A stretch of 64,000 nucleotides of DNA from Candidatus Spongiisociaceae bacterium (GCA_965202675.1 OZ241842.1:2001962-2065961), one strand, 5' to 3'; counted from the stretch's first letter, positions 9,963 to 20,125 are shown. Numbers and translations are program-made. Notes: generated by a model from the letters alone, not told the origin.

Positions 9963-11465
9963 GTGGACCTCGATTACCACGCCCTGGCGCCCGAGATCGT
10001 CGTAGCCGCCGCCATCCTGGCGGTGCTGGGCCTGGACGTGGCCCTGCCCCGCCGGCGCAAGTACTGGACGGCCTTCGCCGGGGTGCTGGGATTGGCCCTG
10101 GCGGCGGTTCCGCTGGCCACCCTGGCGTTCGGCGGCGGACCGGGGGCGAGGTCGATGCTGGGGGGGGCCTACGTGGTGGACGACTTCGCCTTGGTGCTCA
10201 AGGCGGTGTTCATCGTCGGCGGCTACCTGGTGCTGCTGATGTCCGTCTCCTACATCGAGAGCGACCGCTACTACCAGGGCGAGTACTACCTGCTGTTGCT
10301 GACCTCGATCCTGGGTTCGCTGATCATGGCCTCCTCCCGGGATCTGATCACGGTGTTCGTGGGCCTGGAGCTGGTCACCGGGCCGTTGTTCCTGCTGGCG
10401 GGCTGGCGCAAGGGGGACGCCCGCTCCAACGAGGCTTCGCTCAAGTTCTTCATCCTGGGGGTGCTCTCCACCGCCGTTCTTCTGTACGGGATGTCGTTCC
10501 TGTACGGGCTGACCGGTTCGGTCACCTTCGAGGGCATCCGCACCGCTGGGGCCGGGTTGTTGGACAGCGGCGCCTTCCGCATGGCCGTGCTGTTCACCCT
10601 GGTGGGGTTCGGTTTCAAGATCACGGCGGTGCCCTTCCATTTCTGGGCGCCCGACACCTACGAGGGGGCGCCCACCCCCGTAACCGCCTACCTGTCGGTG
10701 GGGTCGAAGGCGGCCGGCTTCGCGGGGCTGCTGCTGCTCTGCTACCAGGCGTTCCCGTCGGTGACCGAGATCTGGGGGCCGGTGCTGTGGGTGATGGCGG
10801 TCCTGTCGATGACCCTCGGAAACCTCACCGCCCTTCGCCAGGACAACATCGTGCGCATGTTGGCCTACTCCTCGATCGCCCAGGGCGGCTTCATCCTGGC
10901 GCCCTTCGCGGCGGCGGCGGCGACCAACGATCCGCGGGTGATCCAGGAGGCGGCGTCGGCCACCATCGTGTACGTGATCATCTACGCCTTCATGAACCTG
11001 GGGGCCTTCGCGGTGGTGATCGAAGGCGTCCGCCGCACCGGGACGGCCATGATCGACGCCTGGGCGGGGATGTGGCGCTACGCCCCCCGGGTGGCGGTGC
11101 TGGGGGCGGTCTTCTTCTTCTCCCTGGCGGGGATTCCCCCGCTGGCCGGATGGTACGCCAAGTTCGCCATGTTCCTGGCCGTCCTGCGCCCCGTCAACCC
11201 CTGGACCGTTGCGCTGGCGGCGGCGGCGGCGGTCAACGCGGTCATCGCCCTCGTCTACTACGCCCGGGTAGCCAAGACCATGTGGATGGACCCCCTGCCC
11301 GAGGGCGCCCCCTCGGACAGCGAAGCCCGCACCCGCCCGATGGGCGGCGCCATGGCCCTGGCCCTGGGGATAACCGCGGTCTTCGTGATCGCGGCGGGGG
11401 TGCTGCCCTTCCAGCTGGCCGCCGTCTTCGCCGAAGCCGCCAAGGTGGTAACCGCCGGCATCTGA
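9963..11465 (+). CDS. nuoN: NADH-quinone oxidoreductase subunit N
   Basis: This 500-aa ND2-like subunit is the last gene of the operon and carries FHFWAPDTYEGAPTPVTAY. Confidence 0.9.
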   Translation: MDLDYHALAPEIVVAAAILAVLGLDVALPRRRKYWTAFAGVLGLALAAVPLATLAFGGGPGARSMLGGAYVVDDFALVLKAVFIVGGYLVLLMSVSYIESDRYYQGEYYLLLLTSILGSLIMASSRDLITVFVGLELVTGPLFLLAGWRKGDARSNEASLKFFILGVLSTAVLLYGMSFLYGLTGSVTFEGIRTAGAGLLDSGAFRMAVLFTLVGFGFKITAVPFHFWAPDTYEGAPTPVTAYLSVGSKAAGFAGLLLLCYQAFPSVTEIWGPVLWVMAVLSMTLGNLTALRQDNIVRMLAYSSIAQGGFILAPFAAAAATNDPRVIQEAASATIVYVIIYAFMNLGAFAVVIEGVRRTGTAMIDAWAGMWRYAPRVAVLGAVFFFSLAGIPPLAGWYAKFAMFLAVLRPVNPWTVALAAAAAVNAVIALVYYARVAKTMWMDPLPEGAPSDSEARTRPMGGAMALALGITAVFVIAAGVLPFQLAAVFAEAAKVVTAGI

Positions 11466-11529
11466 CCCCGGCAGACCCCTGGAGCTTGTTCGAGCCGGCG
11501 CGCACTGGGCCGCCGGTAAGAGGCACAAG

Positions 11530-11575
11530 GGTATTGAAACTTTCCTTAATATTCGATACCTTAGAGTAGATAATG
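11530..11575 (+). promoter_or_regulatory. AT-rich promoter-like region (TTGAAA ... TAGATAAT) upstream of the orphan large gene
   Basis: The sequence reads ggtattgaaactttccttaatattcgataccttagagtagataatgg. It is the only strongly AT-rich stretch in a 70% GC context and contains -35-like and -10-like hexamers. Confidence 0.35.
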
Positions 11576-11796
11576 GTAGATACATTGATTCTGCGCCAAG
11601 AGAGGCCGCCTCCCGGCACCGTGCTCTTGGTCCACTACGGCGCAGGCGCCCGGTCCCTGGACCAACTTGTCAAGAACAGCCTCACGCAGTACCGCGCCTA
11701 TGGTCCTGTGCTGGAGGCACTGGGCAGGGACGCCGTCGATGGCCGGACAAAGACGAGTGGGCCCGCCGGTGTTCCGAGGAGGGTCCGTGGCGAGAG

Positions 11797-14700
11797 GTGC
11801 GGGTGCTCGACGCCGATAACCTCGAAGGCTGGCTCGAATCGAACTATGTCGTCCATGTTCGGGTATCCGAGCAGCTCGGCCGCCGCCCTTTGGAAGCGGA
11901 GTCGTTGGACAGGTGGTGGCCTCGGTGGGCGGACCAGACGGATCCGGTTTTGCCGCCGGCCCTGCTGTTGGCCGGCCGTCGGGCCGAGGCGGAGAAACTT
12001 TGCGCCGCGTTGACCGGGCCCCCGAAGGTCACAGGGGTTCGGGCCGCCTCGCGAGAAGAGGCCTTAGCTTTCGGGGCCGTTGCCCTGAGCACGGTCAAGG
12101 ACGACGTTTCTGCTTCGCCGGCGGCAGTGGTCGTCAAGTCTCTTGCGGTGTGGGATCGGTGTGCGGCGAGTCCCGGCCCGGCCATTCTGATCCCCCCGCG
12201 GGTCGAGGGCATCGACCTGCCGGCCGCGGTCCGGCAGGGTCATCCGGTTCTGATTCCTATGGGAGCAGGTGATGTCGACGGGGGAGGCGAAACGATCCTG
12301 CTTCCCCGGATCGGTCGGTCGGAGGCGCGGGAAGCACTGGAGGCGGCCGGAGCGTCTTCGGACAAGGCGGACGGATACGCGGTCGCGGCCCGCCGGAGCC
12401 TGCTGTCCCTGCGCCGAAGGATTTCCCTGCATCCCGCGACGGCCAGACCTGTGTGGGCGCAAGGCGGGGAAGCCGAGCTGTTGGCGGCCCTCGTATTGGT
12501 CGGGGCGTGGGAACAGAACAACGACTATGACCGCGCCGCAGTGGAGCGGATCGCTGATTGCGGCATCGAGGCGGTGGAGCGCCGGCTGCAGCGCTGGGAG
12601 AACACCGATGATCCTCCCTTCCGACGTTCGGGCGGCGCTTGGCGGTTGTCGTCTCCGGAGGATGCATGGCCGCTCCTTCGCAGCATGATTACCCGGGATT
12701 GCCTGAGGCGGTGGCGCGAGGCAGCGCTCGGAGTGCTGGGCGCTTCCGGTTCGGCGATCGAGCCGCCCGGGGGCCGTTTCTTCGCCCCCTTCCCAGGGGC
12801 GGCGCGGAAATGGTCTGCCGATCTGCGGAGAGGGTTGGCGCAGGGGGCGGTTTTCCTGGCGGCCTTCGATTTGCCGCGGCCCTTGGACGGTCTCAGAGGT
12901 TCCGAACACGCCGAGCGGATGGTGATGGAACTGTTGGATCAGGCAGGCGCCGACTCCGCCGGCGTGTTATGGAGGTCCTTGGCCGATGTACTGCCCTTGC
13001 TGGCAGAGGCGGCGCCGGACATCTTCCTCCGAGCTGTACATCGAGACGCGGCGGGCGGCGCCCCTTTGTTGGCCGGAATGTTCACCGACGCCTGCGGGTT
13101 CACAGGGTCCCCGCATACCGGCCTGCTCTGGGCTTTGGAGGCCTTGTGCTGGTCGGATAGATACCTGCCCTCTGCCCTGGACGCCCTGTTGCGGTTGGCC
13201 GAAATCGATCCGGGAGGCCGGACGGCCAACCGACCCCTGGACAGCGCGCGCCGGGTGCTCCTGCCTTGGCTGCACCAGACAAGCGCCTCGATCGAGCGCC
13301 GTATGGACGTGCTCGACGGTGTTGTGGAGCGTCATGAAAAAAAGGGATGGGAGCTGTTGCTGAGCCTGGTTGCTCTGCGGGGCAGTCATACGCACAATAT
13401 CAACAGACCGCGATTCAGAGATTGGATGACCGAGACGACGGGAATCTCCGGAGAAGAATCACGGCGGGCGGCAGAAGCGATTACTATCCGAGCGCTCAAA
13501 AAGGCTGGCGCCAATCCCTATCTTTGGGCGCAGCTGATCGAACACATACCCCTTCTCTGGGTTGGGCAGAGAGAACAGGTCATCGATGCTCTCGAAAGCT
13601 CAGGCATAGAGGCGCTCGACCATGGTGATCGCTTCGTCATTTGGAAGTCCCTGAACAAGTTGGTCGGGAACCGTCCGGATCGGAAGGCTCTACAGGATAG
13701 ATTGTCTGCCGCCGGCCTTGAGCGTTTGGAGAATATAAGGACCAAAATACGCCCCGATACGCCAGAAGTTCTGATCCAAGAGCATCACGAGTTGTTCGAT
13801 TGGCATCCAGAACGTTCGGATAGAGAGCGTCAGGATGCCGTCACAAGCATCTATCGATCAGCGGGAGTCGGGGGGCTGAGAGACCTGTCGAAGGAAGCTG
13901 TTCGTCCGGAATTGATCGGTGCATCGTCAGCTGACGCCATTATTGATCTGAGGGCAGAAGAGATGCTTCCCCTGTTGAACCAGGAAGGGCCGGATCGCGC
14001 GTTCGTTATGGGATGGATTACTCGAAGGGCAGAGCTCGACGGGGCGGAATGGATAGAAAGAACTGCGGATTCATTGGCAGATTTGTCTCATTCTGGCCAG
14101 GCTCTCTTCTTTCTTTCCTTGAGTCCTGATACTACTGTATGGAAAATCTTGGACCAGATGCCGCCCTCTGTCCAAGATCAATATTGGGAACGGGTCCATT
14201 CTTTTTATATACCACGGAGCGATTTCCTGATGTACTTGGATAAGCTCTTGGAGCACAGGCAACCTTGGTCTGCTGTAGAGTTCCTGTTTAGTCAACTAAG
14301 CAAGGATAAGAAGGAGGGCGGCAGCCTGGTTACAAGCGAGATGGTAGAGCGAACTATACTCAAACTGATAGAATCTGATACGAAGGAGCACCCCAGCGAG
14401 ATGTCTGCCTTTTGTCTGGGTAATTTGCTGGACTATTTGGATAAGCACGAGCCCGACTCGAGCAACCTGGCTGATTTCGAGTTAGCTCTATTTTCGGTAC
14501 TGCGCCGGTCCGACCGCCCGCCGACCGCGATATACCGGCGGCTCCAAGCAGAGCCGGCCGAATTCGTCAAACTGGTCTGCGGCGTCCATCGACTGCCTGA
14601 CGAAGAACCGGAAAATGATTCATTCGAAAGTACTGCTCCGCTTGATAATGCCTGGTCCATTCTGAAGGAATGGCGGACTTTGCCGGGCACCGACCGCGAT

Positions 14701-15126
14701 ACAGGCGATATCGAGCACGAGCGGCTGCGGGCGTGGGTGTTGGAGGCGCGCCGGCTGTTGCGGGAACGGGGCCGGAGCAGCATCGGAGACCAGTACATAG
14801 GAGAGCTCCTGTCCGGCGCCCCATCGGGAAGAGATGGGATATGGCCGGCCGAGCCGGTGAGGGATCTGCTGGAAGAGCTTGCGAGCGAAGGCGTGGAGCA
14901 GGGTGTTCTGGTCGGCCGCTTGAACAGCAGGGGGGTTACCGTCCGTGATCCGTTCGAGGGCGGCGCCCAAGAAAGGGACTCGGCCGGCCGGTACAGCGAT
15001 TGGGCGCAGCAGGTCGAGGCCAAGCGGCCGAGCACCGGCCGGGTGCTGCGGCAGTTGGCCGACTCCTATGAACGGGAAGCCCGCCGGCATGACGAAGAGG
15101 CCGAAGCCCTATCCGACCAGGATTGA
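11797..15126 (+). CDS. Large (1109 aa) hypothetical alpha-helical protein in a partly low-GC insert; no domain recognised
   Basis: The long ORF has sensible codon usage. GC drops to about 55% over roughly 13.3-14.7 kb. The frame stays open upstream of the GTG at 11797. ATG 11573 opens a second frame (146 aa) that overlaps it, so a frameshifted N-terminus is possible. Confidence 0.55.
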   Translation: MRVLDADNLEGWLESNYVVHVRVSEQLGRRPLEAESLDRWWPRWADQTDPVLPPALLLAGRRAEAEKLCAALTGPPKVTGVRAASREEALAFGAVALSTVKDDVSASPAAVVVKSLAVWDRCAASPGPAILIPPRVEGIDLPAAVRQGHPVLIPMGAGDVDGGGETILLPRIGRSEAREALEAAGASSDKADGYAVAARRSLLSLRRRISLHPATARPVWAQGGEAELLAALVLVGAWEQNNDYDRAAVERIADCGIEAVERRLQRWENTDDPPFRRSGGAWRLSSPEDAWPLLRSMITRDCLRRWREAALGVLGASGSAIEPPGGRFFAPFPGAARKWSADLRRGLAQGAVFLAAFDLPRPLDGLRGSEHAERMVMELLDQAGADSAGVLWRSLADVLPLLAEAAPDIFLRAVHRDAAGGAPLLAGMFTDACGFTGSPHTGLLWALEALCWSDRYLPSALDALLRLAEIDPGGRTANRPLDSARRVLLPWLHQTSASIERRMDVLDGVVERHEKKGWELLLSLVALRGSHTHNINRPRFRDWMTETTGISGEESRRAAEAITIRALKKAGANPYLWAQLIEHIPLLWVGQREQVIDALESSGIEALDHGDRFVIWKSLNKLVGNRPDRKALQDRLSAAGLERLENIRTKIRPDTPEVLIQEHHELFDWHPERSDRERQDAVTSIYRSAGVGGLRDLSKEAVRPELIGASSADAIIDLRAEEMLPLLNQEGPDRAFVMGWITRRAELDGAEWIERTADSLADLSHSGQALFFLSLSPDTTVWKILDQMPPSVQDQYWERVHSFYIPRSDFLMYLDKLLEHRQPWSAVEFLFSQLSKDKKEGGSLVTSEMVERTILKLIESDTKEHPSEMSAFCLGNLLDYLDKHEPDSSNLADFELALFSVLRRSDRPPTAIYRRLQAEPAEFVKLVCGVHRLPDEEPENDSFESTAPLDNAWSILKEWRTLPGTDRDTGDIEHERLRAWVLEARRLLRERGRSSIGDQYIGELLSGAPSGRDGIWPAEPVRDLLEELASEGVEQGVLVGRLNSRGVTVRDPFEGGAQERDSAGRYSDWAQQVEAKRPSTGRVLRQLADSYEREARRHDEEAEALSDQD

Positions 15127-15160
15127 GCCGAGCTCTTGCGGTCGATGAGCGCGCCGGGGG

Positions 15161-16228
15161 TTATCCGGCTATGAAGGACTCCACGGCTTGGCGGGCCTCT
15201 TCGTCGCGCATCTGGCGCGGGGGAGACTTCATGAAGTAGGCGCTCGGCTCGTACAGCGGGCCTGCCAGCCCCCGGTCCAGGCCCAGCTTGGCGCAGCGGA
15301 GGGCGTCGATCACCACCCCGGCCGAGTTGGGGCTGTCCCAGACTTCCAGCTTTACCTCGGCGCTCATGGGGGTGTTGCCGAAACCGGTTCCCTCCAGGCG
15401 GATATGCGCCCACTTGCGGTCGGTCAGCCAGGGAACGTGGTCCGAGGGCCCCACGTGGATGTCCTCCACCGGCATATGGGTTTCCAGCTGGCTGGTCACG
15501 GCCGTGGTCTTGGACTCCTTCTTCGACTCCAGGCGGCTGCGTTCCAGCATGTTCAGGAAGTCGGTGTTGCCGCCGAAGTTGAGCTGGTAGGTGCGGTCCA
15601 CCTCGACGCCTCGGTCCTGGAAGAGGTTCACCAGGCTGCGATGCAGGATGGTGGCGCCCACCTGCGATTTGATGTCGTCGCCCACGATGGGCAACCCCGC
15701 CGCCCGGAACCGCTCGGCCCATTTCTCGTTGCGGGCGATGAACACGGGAATGCAGTTTACGAAAGCGCACCCGGCTTCCAGCGCCTGCTCCGCGTAGTAC
15801 TCGGTGGCCTGCTGCGACCCGACCGGCAGGTAGGAGATCACCACGTCCACCCCGGCCTTTCGCAGCTCCTCGGCTACGTCGACCTCCTCCTCCAGGGACT
15901 CCTCCACCAGGTCGGCCACATAGGAACCGATCCCGTCCAGGGTGGGGCCCCGCTTCACGGTGACGTCCAAATGGGGGACCTCGGCGAACTCGATGGTGTT
16001 GTTTTCGCCGGACTTGAGGGCCTTGGAGAGGTCTTGGCCCACCTTGGCTGCGTCTACGTCGAAGGCCGCCGCGAACTCGATGTCCCCGATGTGGTAGCCG
16101 CCCAGCTCGGGATGCATCAGTCCGGGGATGGTCTGGCCGGGATCGGCGTCCCGGTAGAACTCCACTCCCTGCACCAGGGCGGAGGCGCAGTTCCCCGCCC
16201 CCACAATCGCCGCCCTTATCTTGCTCAC
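15161..16228 (-). CDS. ino1: myo-inositol-1-phosphate synthase (inositol-3-phosphate synthase)
   Basis: The protein is near-collinear with actinobacterial Ino1, for example [17 protein letters not shown]...NNTIEF...GPTLDGIG...SYLPVGS...IKSQVGATI...[22 protein letters not shown]...[17 protein letters not shown]. It starts at GTG with a GGAGGAGG RBS. Confidence 0.9.
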   Translation of the reverse strand: MSKIRAAIVGAGNCASALVQGVEFYRDADPGQTIPGLMHPELGGYHIGDIEFAAAFDVDAAKVGQDLSKALKSGENNTIEFAEVPHLDVTVKRGPTLDGIGSYVADLVEESLEEEVDVAEELRKAGVDVVISYLPVGSQQATEYYAEQALEAGCAFVNCIPVFIARNEKWAERFRAAGLPIVGDDIKSQVGATILHRSLVNLFQDRGVEVDRTYQLNFGGNTDFLNMLERSRLESKKESKTTAVTSQLETHMPVEDIHVGPSDHVPWLTDRKWAHIRLEGTGFGNTPMSAEVKLEVWDSPNSAGVVIDALRCAKLGLDRGLAGPLYEPSAYFMKSPPRQMRDEEARQAVESFIAG

Positions 16229-16382
16229 GATTTCTTCCTCCTCGAATAGAGACCCGCCCAGTTTGCCCGCTTTCGTTAGTTAGGTCTAATAAATAGTTCT
16301 ATACTATAGAGAAGGTATTGCTTATGAATTCAGGGCGCGGTGCGGGCATGGAGACAGGGCGGTAGAGATCAGGAAGGTAAAT

Positions 16383-17321
16383 ATGGAACGAGAAATGGAA
16401 ACGGAGATCCCCCTCATCAACTTCAGGAGCCTGCGCTGCCTGCAGGAAGTGGAGCGGAGCGGCTCGTTCACCGACGCGGCCTATGCGCTGCGGATCAGCC
16501 AGCCCGCTCTCTCCCAGTCCCTGGCCGAGCTGTCCAATCGGCTGGGCGCCCCCCTGTTCCGCAAGGAAGGGCGCCGCCGGGTGCTCACCGAGGGCGGCCG
16601 CCGGACCGTCCGCTACGCCGACCGGGTGATCGGCCAGACCGCCGACCTGCTCCGGTGGCTGGAGAGGTGGGAGAGGGGGGAGGCGGGGCTGCTTCGGGTG
16701 GGGATGATCGACACCGCCTGCCTCTACACCGTTCCCGCCGGGCTTTCCCGCCTGCGCGAGGAGCATTCCGAGATCGAACTCCGGTTGGTGGTCGACGACT
16801 CCGCCGCATTGCTGGCGATGCTGGATGAATATCGGCTGGACCTGGCTTTCACGGTGGGGCCGGCGGGGGAGGGCCGCGGCTCGGCGCCGATAGCCGCCGA
16901 GCCCATGTACATCTACTCGCCGCCCCATTTCCCGCCCCTGGAAGCCGGGGGCGCCGGCGCCGGGGAGGCCGCTCCCGAAGGCTGGGCGCTCTTCCCCTCC
17001 CGATCCCGCACCCGCCGGCTGGTCGACCAGGGCCTGGTCGGGATGGGCATCCAACCCCGGGCGGCCCTGGAGTCCGCCAACCCCACCGTGCTGCGCCAGA
17101 TGGCGGTGTTGGGCTACGCCCGGACGGTGCTCCCCAAACAGGTGGCGGAATCCGGCGCCGCCGCCGTCCTCCTGGAAGAAGGTCCGCTGGTGGCCGAGCG
17201 CTCCATCGAAGGGGTCTGGCGCTCGGGCGAAGCCCTCGACCCGCGCGCCCGGAAACTCATCCGCCTAGTCCAAGGGGCGCAGGAGGGCGAAACGCACCGG
17301 CCCGTACAGCCGGCCGGGTAG
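16383..17321 (+). CDS. LysR-family transcriptional regulator
   Basis: An N-terminal HTH (FTDAAYALRISQPALSQSLAELSNRLGAPLF) is followed by a LysR substrate-binding region. An AGGAAGG RBS is present. The gene is divergent from ino1. Confidence 0.85.
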   Translation: MEREMETEIPLINFRSLRCLQEVERSGSFTDAAYALRISQPALSQSLAELSNRLGAPLFRKEGRRRVLTEGGRRTVRYADRVIGQTADLLRWLERWERGEAGLLRVGMIDTACLYTVPAGLSRLREEHSEIELRLVVDDSAALLAMLDEYRLDLAFTVGPAGEGRGSAPIAAEPMYIYSPPHFPPLEAGGAGAGEAAPEGWALFPSRSRTRRLVDQGLVGMGIQPRAALESANPTVLRQMAVLGYARTVLPKQVAESGAAAVLLEEGPLVAERSIEGVWRSGEALDPRARKLIRLVQGAQEGETHRPVQPAG

Positions 17322-17399
17322 TTGTGCATCTGCTCGATCTGGGGGGCCGGGGGAGCCGCCGCTCCGCGAAGGCCGGCGTTGCGCTACGATACGGGCCGA

Positions 17400-17471
17400 G
17401 GGCGCTTAGCTCAGCGGGAGAGCGCTGCCTTCACACGGCAGAGGTCACTGGTTCGATCCCAGTAGCGCCCA
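17400..17471 (+). tRNA. tRNA-Val (anticodon CAC)
   Basis: GGGCGCU-UA-GCUC-AGCGGGA-GAGC-G-CUGCC-UUCACAC-GGCAG-AGGUC-ACUGG-UUCGAUC-CCAGU-AGCGCCC-A folds as a 72-nt cloverleaf with a GTTCGATCC T-loop. CCA is not encoded. Confidence 0.85.
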
Positions 17472-17533
17472 CCGCCGCCGCTGTTGGCAAGCGGTGCAGG
17501 TCAGGGGGAGTTCTTTGATCCCCTGCGGCAGAT

Positions 17534-18472
17534 CTATACGCCTTCGGCGGGCTCGATTCCCTTCTCTCCGAACCGGCGGGCGGCCCACCGGTCGAAAGCA
17601 ATCAGCCCCGCCGCGCTTGCCGCCGCCAGGAGGAACGGCGCTACCGCATCAGGGCCGGGTGCGCCCAGGACGGCGGCGCCCTCCCCGTTCTCACCGCCCA
17701 GGCCGTTCGGCCACGGCCACAGGATGCGGAACGAGCCCGCCATCAGACCGATCATCACCGCCAGCAGAGGGTCATGCCGGCGGACCAGCAGCCGATGCAG
17801 TATCCGGGCGAAGCCGCCGAGGCCCAGCGCCATCCCGGCCGCCAGCGCCGCCAACGCCGCCGGCTCCGGTCCGGCCGCCGCCCTTATCACCGGCTGGTAC
17901 ATGCCCGCCGCCAGCAACACGAACGACCCGCTCACCCCCGGCAGGATCAAGGCGCACACCCCGGCCGCCCCGGCCAGGAAGAACGCCCACCCGGACGGGT
18001 CGGACACCGATTCCGACCGGAAACCGAACCCCCAGAAGGCGGCCGCCCCCACCGAGGCGGATATCGCCAGGTGCGCGAAGGCCGGACGGCGGAGCATCCG
18101 CACGGCGGCCGCCACCGCCCCGGCCATCAATCCGGCGAACACCGCCGCGGTGCGCACCGGATGCTCGGCCAGCAGGTATTCGATCACCCCCGCCAGGCCC
18201 AGCACCGCCGGAACCGCCCCCGCCGCCAGGGCGGCCGCGAACCAACGGTCGATCGACCGCAGCCGCTGCCCCGCTCTCCGCGCATCCCCCCGCACCAGGG
18301 CGGCCGCCGCCTCCGCCGCCAGCGCCGCCGCCCCCAGCAGGCGGGGGTAGATGCGGGTGACCAGCGCCACCGTACCCCCGCTGACCCCCGGCACCAGGTC
18401 GGCCGCCCCCACCGCCGCTCCCCGCAACCACAGCAGCGCCAGCTCTCCGAAAGAGGGGCGGGTGCGCGTCAT
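17534..18472 (-). CDS. DUF368-family membrane protein (putative polyprenyl-phosphate transporter, PopT-like)
   Basis: It is a polytopic membrane protein with two PGVSGG/PGVSGS motifs, which are characteristic of DUF368. Confidence 0.7.
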   Translation of the reverse strand: MTRTRPSFGELALLWLRGAAVGAADLVPGVSGGTVALVTRIYPRLLGAAALAAEAAAALVRGDARRAGQRLRSIDRWFAAALAAGAVPAVLGLAGVIEYLLAEHPVRTAAVFAGLMAGAVAAAVRMLRRPAFAHLAISASVGAAAFWGFGFRSESVSDPSGWAFFLAGAAGVCALILPGVSGSFVLLAAGMYQPVIRAAAGPEPAALAALAAGMALGLGGFARILHRLLVRRHDPLLAVMIGLMAGSFRILWPWPNGLGGENGEGAAVLGAPGPDAVAPFLLAAASAAGLIAFDRWAARRFGEKGIEPAEGV

Positions 18473-18687
18473 CTGACGATCATAAACAGCGAACAGCCCG
18501 GCGGGTTGTCCGAAGCCCCCTATCTATAGTTCTGCCCGAGGAGACAAACGGCGCTTTGCCGACCAAACACCGGCGGAGGGGCGTTCTGCGCATGAAAGAT
18601 AGGTTCCGACGGAACAACGAGGAAAGCGGCGCAGGATATTTTCTCGGAATCCGCTCATGCTAGAGTTGGAGTCTTGGAGGAATTGTA

Positions 18688-19425
18688 ATGAGGAAGATCG
18701 TCATCTTTTTGGCGGCGGTGCTGGCGCTGTCGGCGTCTGCGTGCAGCAGAGGAGAACCGACCGATACGGCCTCCACCAACTCCGTTTTCGATGACATCCT
18801 GTCGACCTCCGAGCGCTCCCAGCCGGTTACCACCCCCCCCGCCGACACGATTCCTCCTACTGTCCCCACCACGGAACCCGAAAGCCCTACCACCACCCCT
18901 CCCACCCTGCCCGCCGTAGAAACAGAGGTCGAAGACGCAGAAACAGTCTCGCAGCCGGCGGCGCTGACCTCCGCTTCCATAGTCACGCTGCGCGCCCTGG
19001 GGCCGGTGCGGATCGGCATGTCGGTGGCGGAGGCGTCCGAGGCGGCGGGGCTGGAACTCCGCCGGGACCTGGGCAGGTCCTCGACCGACAGCTGCTACCA
19101 CGTGAACGCCGGCCCCACCATGCGGGGGGTGTCCTTCATGGTGGTCAACGACCTGATCAGGCGCATCAACATCGATCCGCCCAGCCCGGTCGCCACCAGG
19201 TCGGGGGTGGGGATAGGCACCACGGCGAGCAACCTGCGGGAGGTCTACTCCGACAACATCCAGCGGGCCGACAGCGCGGCGGCGGGCGGCCAGGGCTGGG
19301 CGTTCGTGCCCAACGACGAATTCGACGACGACTTCCGCATCTACTTCGAGATCGAGGCCGGGTCCGTGGCCCGTTACCGCCTGGGGTCCAGACCGTCGGT
19401 GGACTCCCCCGGCGGCTGCCAATAA
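18688..19425 (+). CDS. Secreted/lipoprotein of unknown function with Pro/Thr-rich linker
   Basis: The signal peptide ends in a lipobox-like LSASAC. A PTT-rich low-complexity linker is followed by a globular C-terminal domain. An RBS is present. Confidence 0.6.
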   Translation: MRKIVIFLAAVLALSASACSRGEPTDTASTNSVFDDILSTSERSQPVTTPPADTIPPTVPTTEPESPTTTPPTLPAVETEVEDAETVSQPAALTSASIVTLRALGPVRIGMSVAEASEAAGLELRRDLGRSSTDSCYHVNAGPTMRGVSFMVVNDLIRRINIDPPSPVATRSGVGIGTTASNLREVYSDNIQRADSAAAGGQGWAFVPNDEFDDDFRIYFEIEAGSVARYRLGSRPSVDSPGGCQ

Positions 19426-20125
19426 CGGCGGTGCGCGGGCAGGGCGCCGGAAGGCGTCCGGCACAAGCTGCTGGACGGCGTTGCCCCGCCGGCGGAACAG
19501 CAAAGCCACCCCCTATCCGTGCCTCCTTCTATACCCGATACCTGACAGAGAAGCGCCGGCCACCGCGTAAGCCCGAACCTCCCTCCGCACCCACCGGTCG
19601 AGACCCTATTCCACCGCGCCGACCCTGGCGACCCGGAGGCGGCTTCCTCCAACTCACCGGTCAAGCCATCATTCCACCGGGAAGGCCTTGCACGAGACGA
19701 CCCGCCGGACAGTTGCATCCTCTGAACCCCTGTTCAACCCCTTCCTGACGCGGCGACCGCGGCGGGCGGCGGGGCGATGCTGGGAGGTATATCCTCCGAA
19801 CCCCTCGGTCAAGCCCCTTTCCCACCCCAAGCCCCTTTCCCACCCCCGGACCCCGGCAAGAACGCGAAAAACGCCGCCCCCGCGCCCCGCTTGGCGGGCC
19901 CAGCCCCCACCGCCACCACCGAATTTCCGGACGCGTTCGGTCAGTACCCGGAGGGTCGCGTTCGGAGGATGATCCCTGTCTCGGTCTGCGGTACCTGCCG
20001 ACCGGAGGTGCTTGCGGCTCTTCCATTGATACAGCATCGGTGCGGCAAGGTCAATACCCTTATGGGCAGATCTGACGGGTTTTTTTTGTCATTCCATGAT
20101 TCAAGGGCGGGGATCGACCCGTTGC

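Noticed and set aside
6209-11585. Very long minus-strand ORFs (751 aa and 1083 aa) across nuoL-nuoN
   Set aside because: They are antisense to strongly supported NuoL, NuoM and NuoN. Their composition is dominated by Arg, Gly, His and Pro, so they are GC-driven artifacts.
11573-12013. 146-aa ORF starting at the only ATG after the AT-rich region
   Set aside because: It overlaps the 1109-aa frame, which reads much more like protein downstream. It is kept only as a possible frameshifted N-terminus, not as a separate gene.
17484-18529. Plus-strand 288-aa and 251-aa ORFs and the minus-strand 219-aa ORF over the DUF368 gene
   Set aside because: They are alternative frames or the antisense of the DUF368 membrane protein. 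Their low-complexity Pro/Arg/Ala composition marks them as artifacts.
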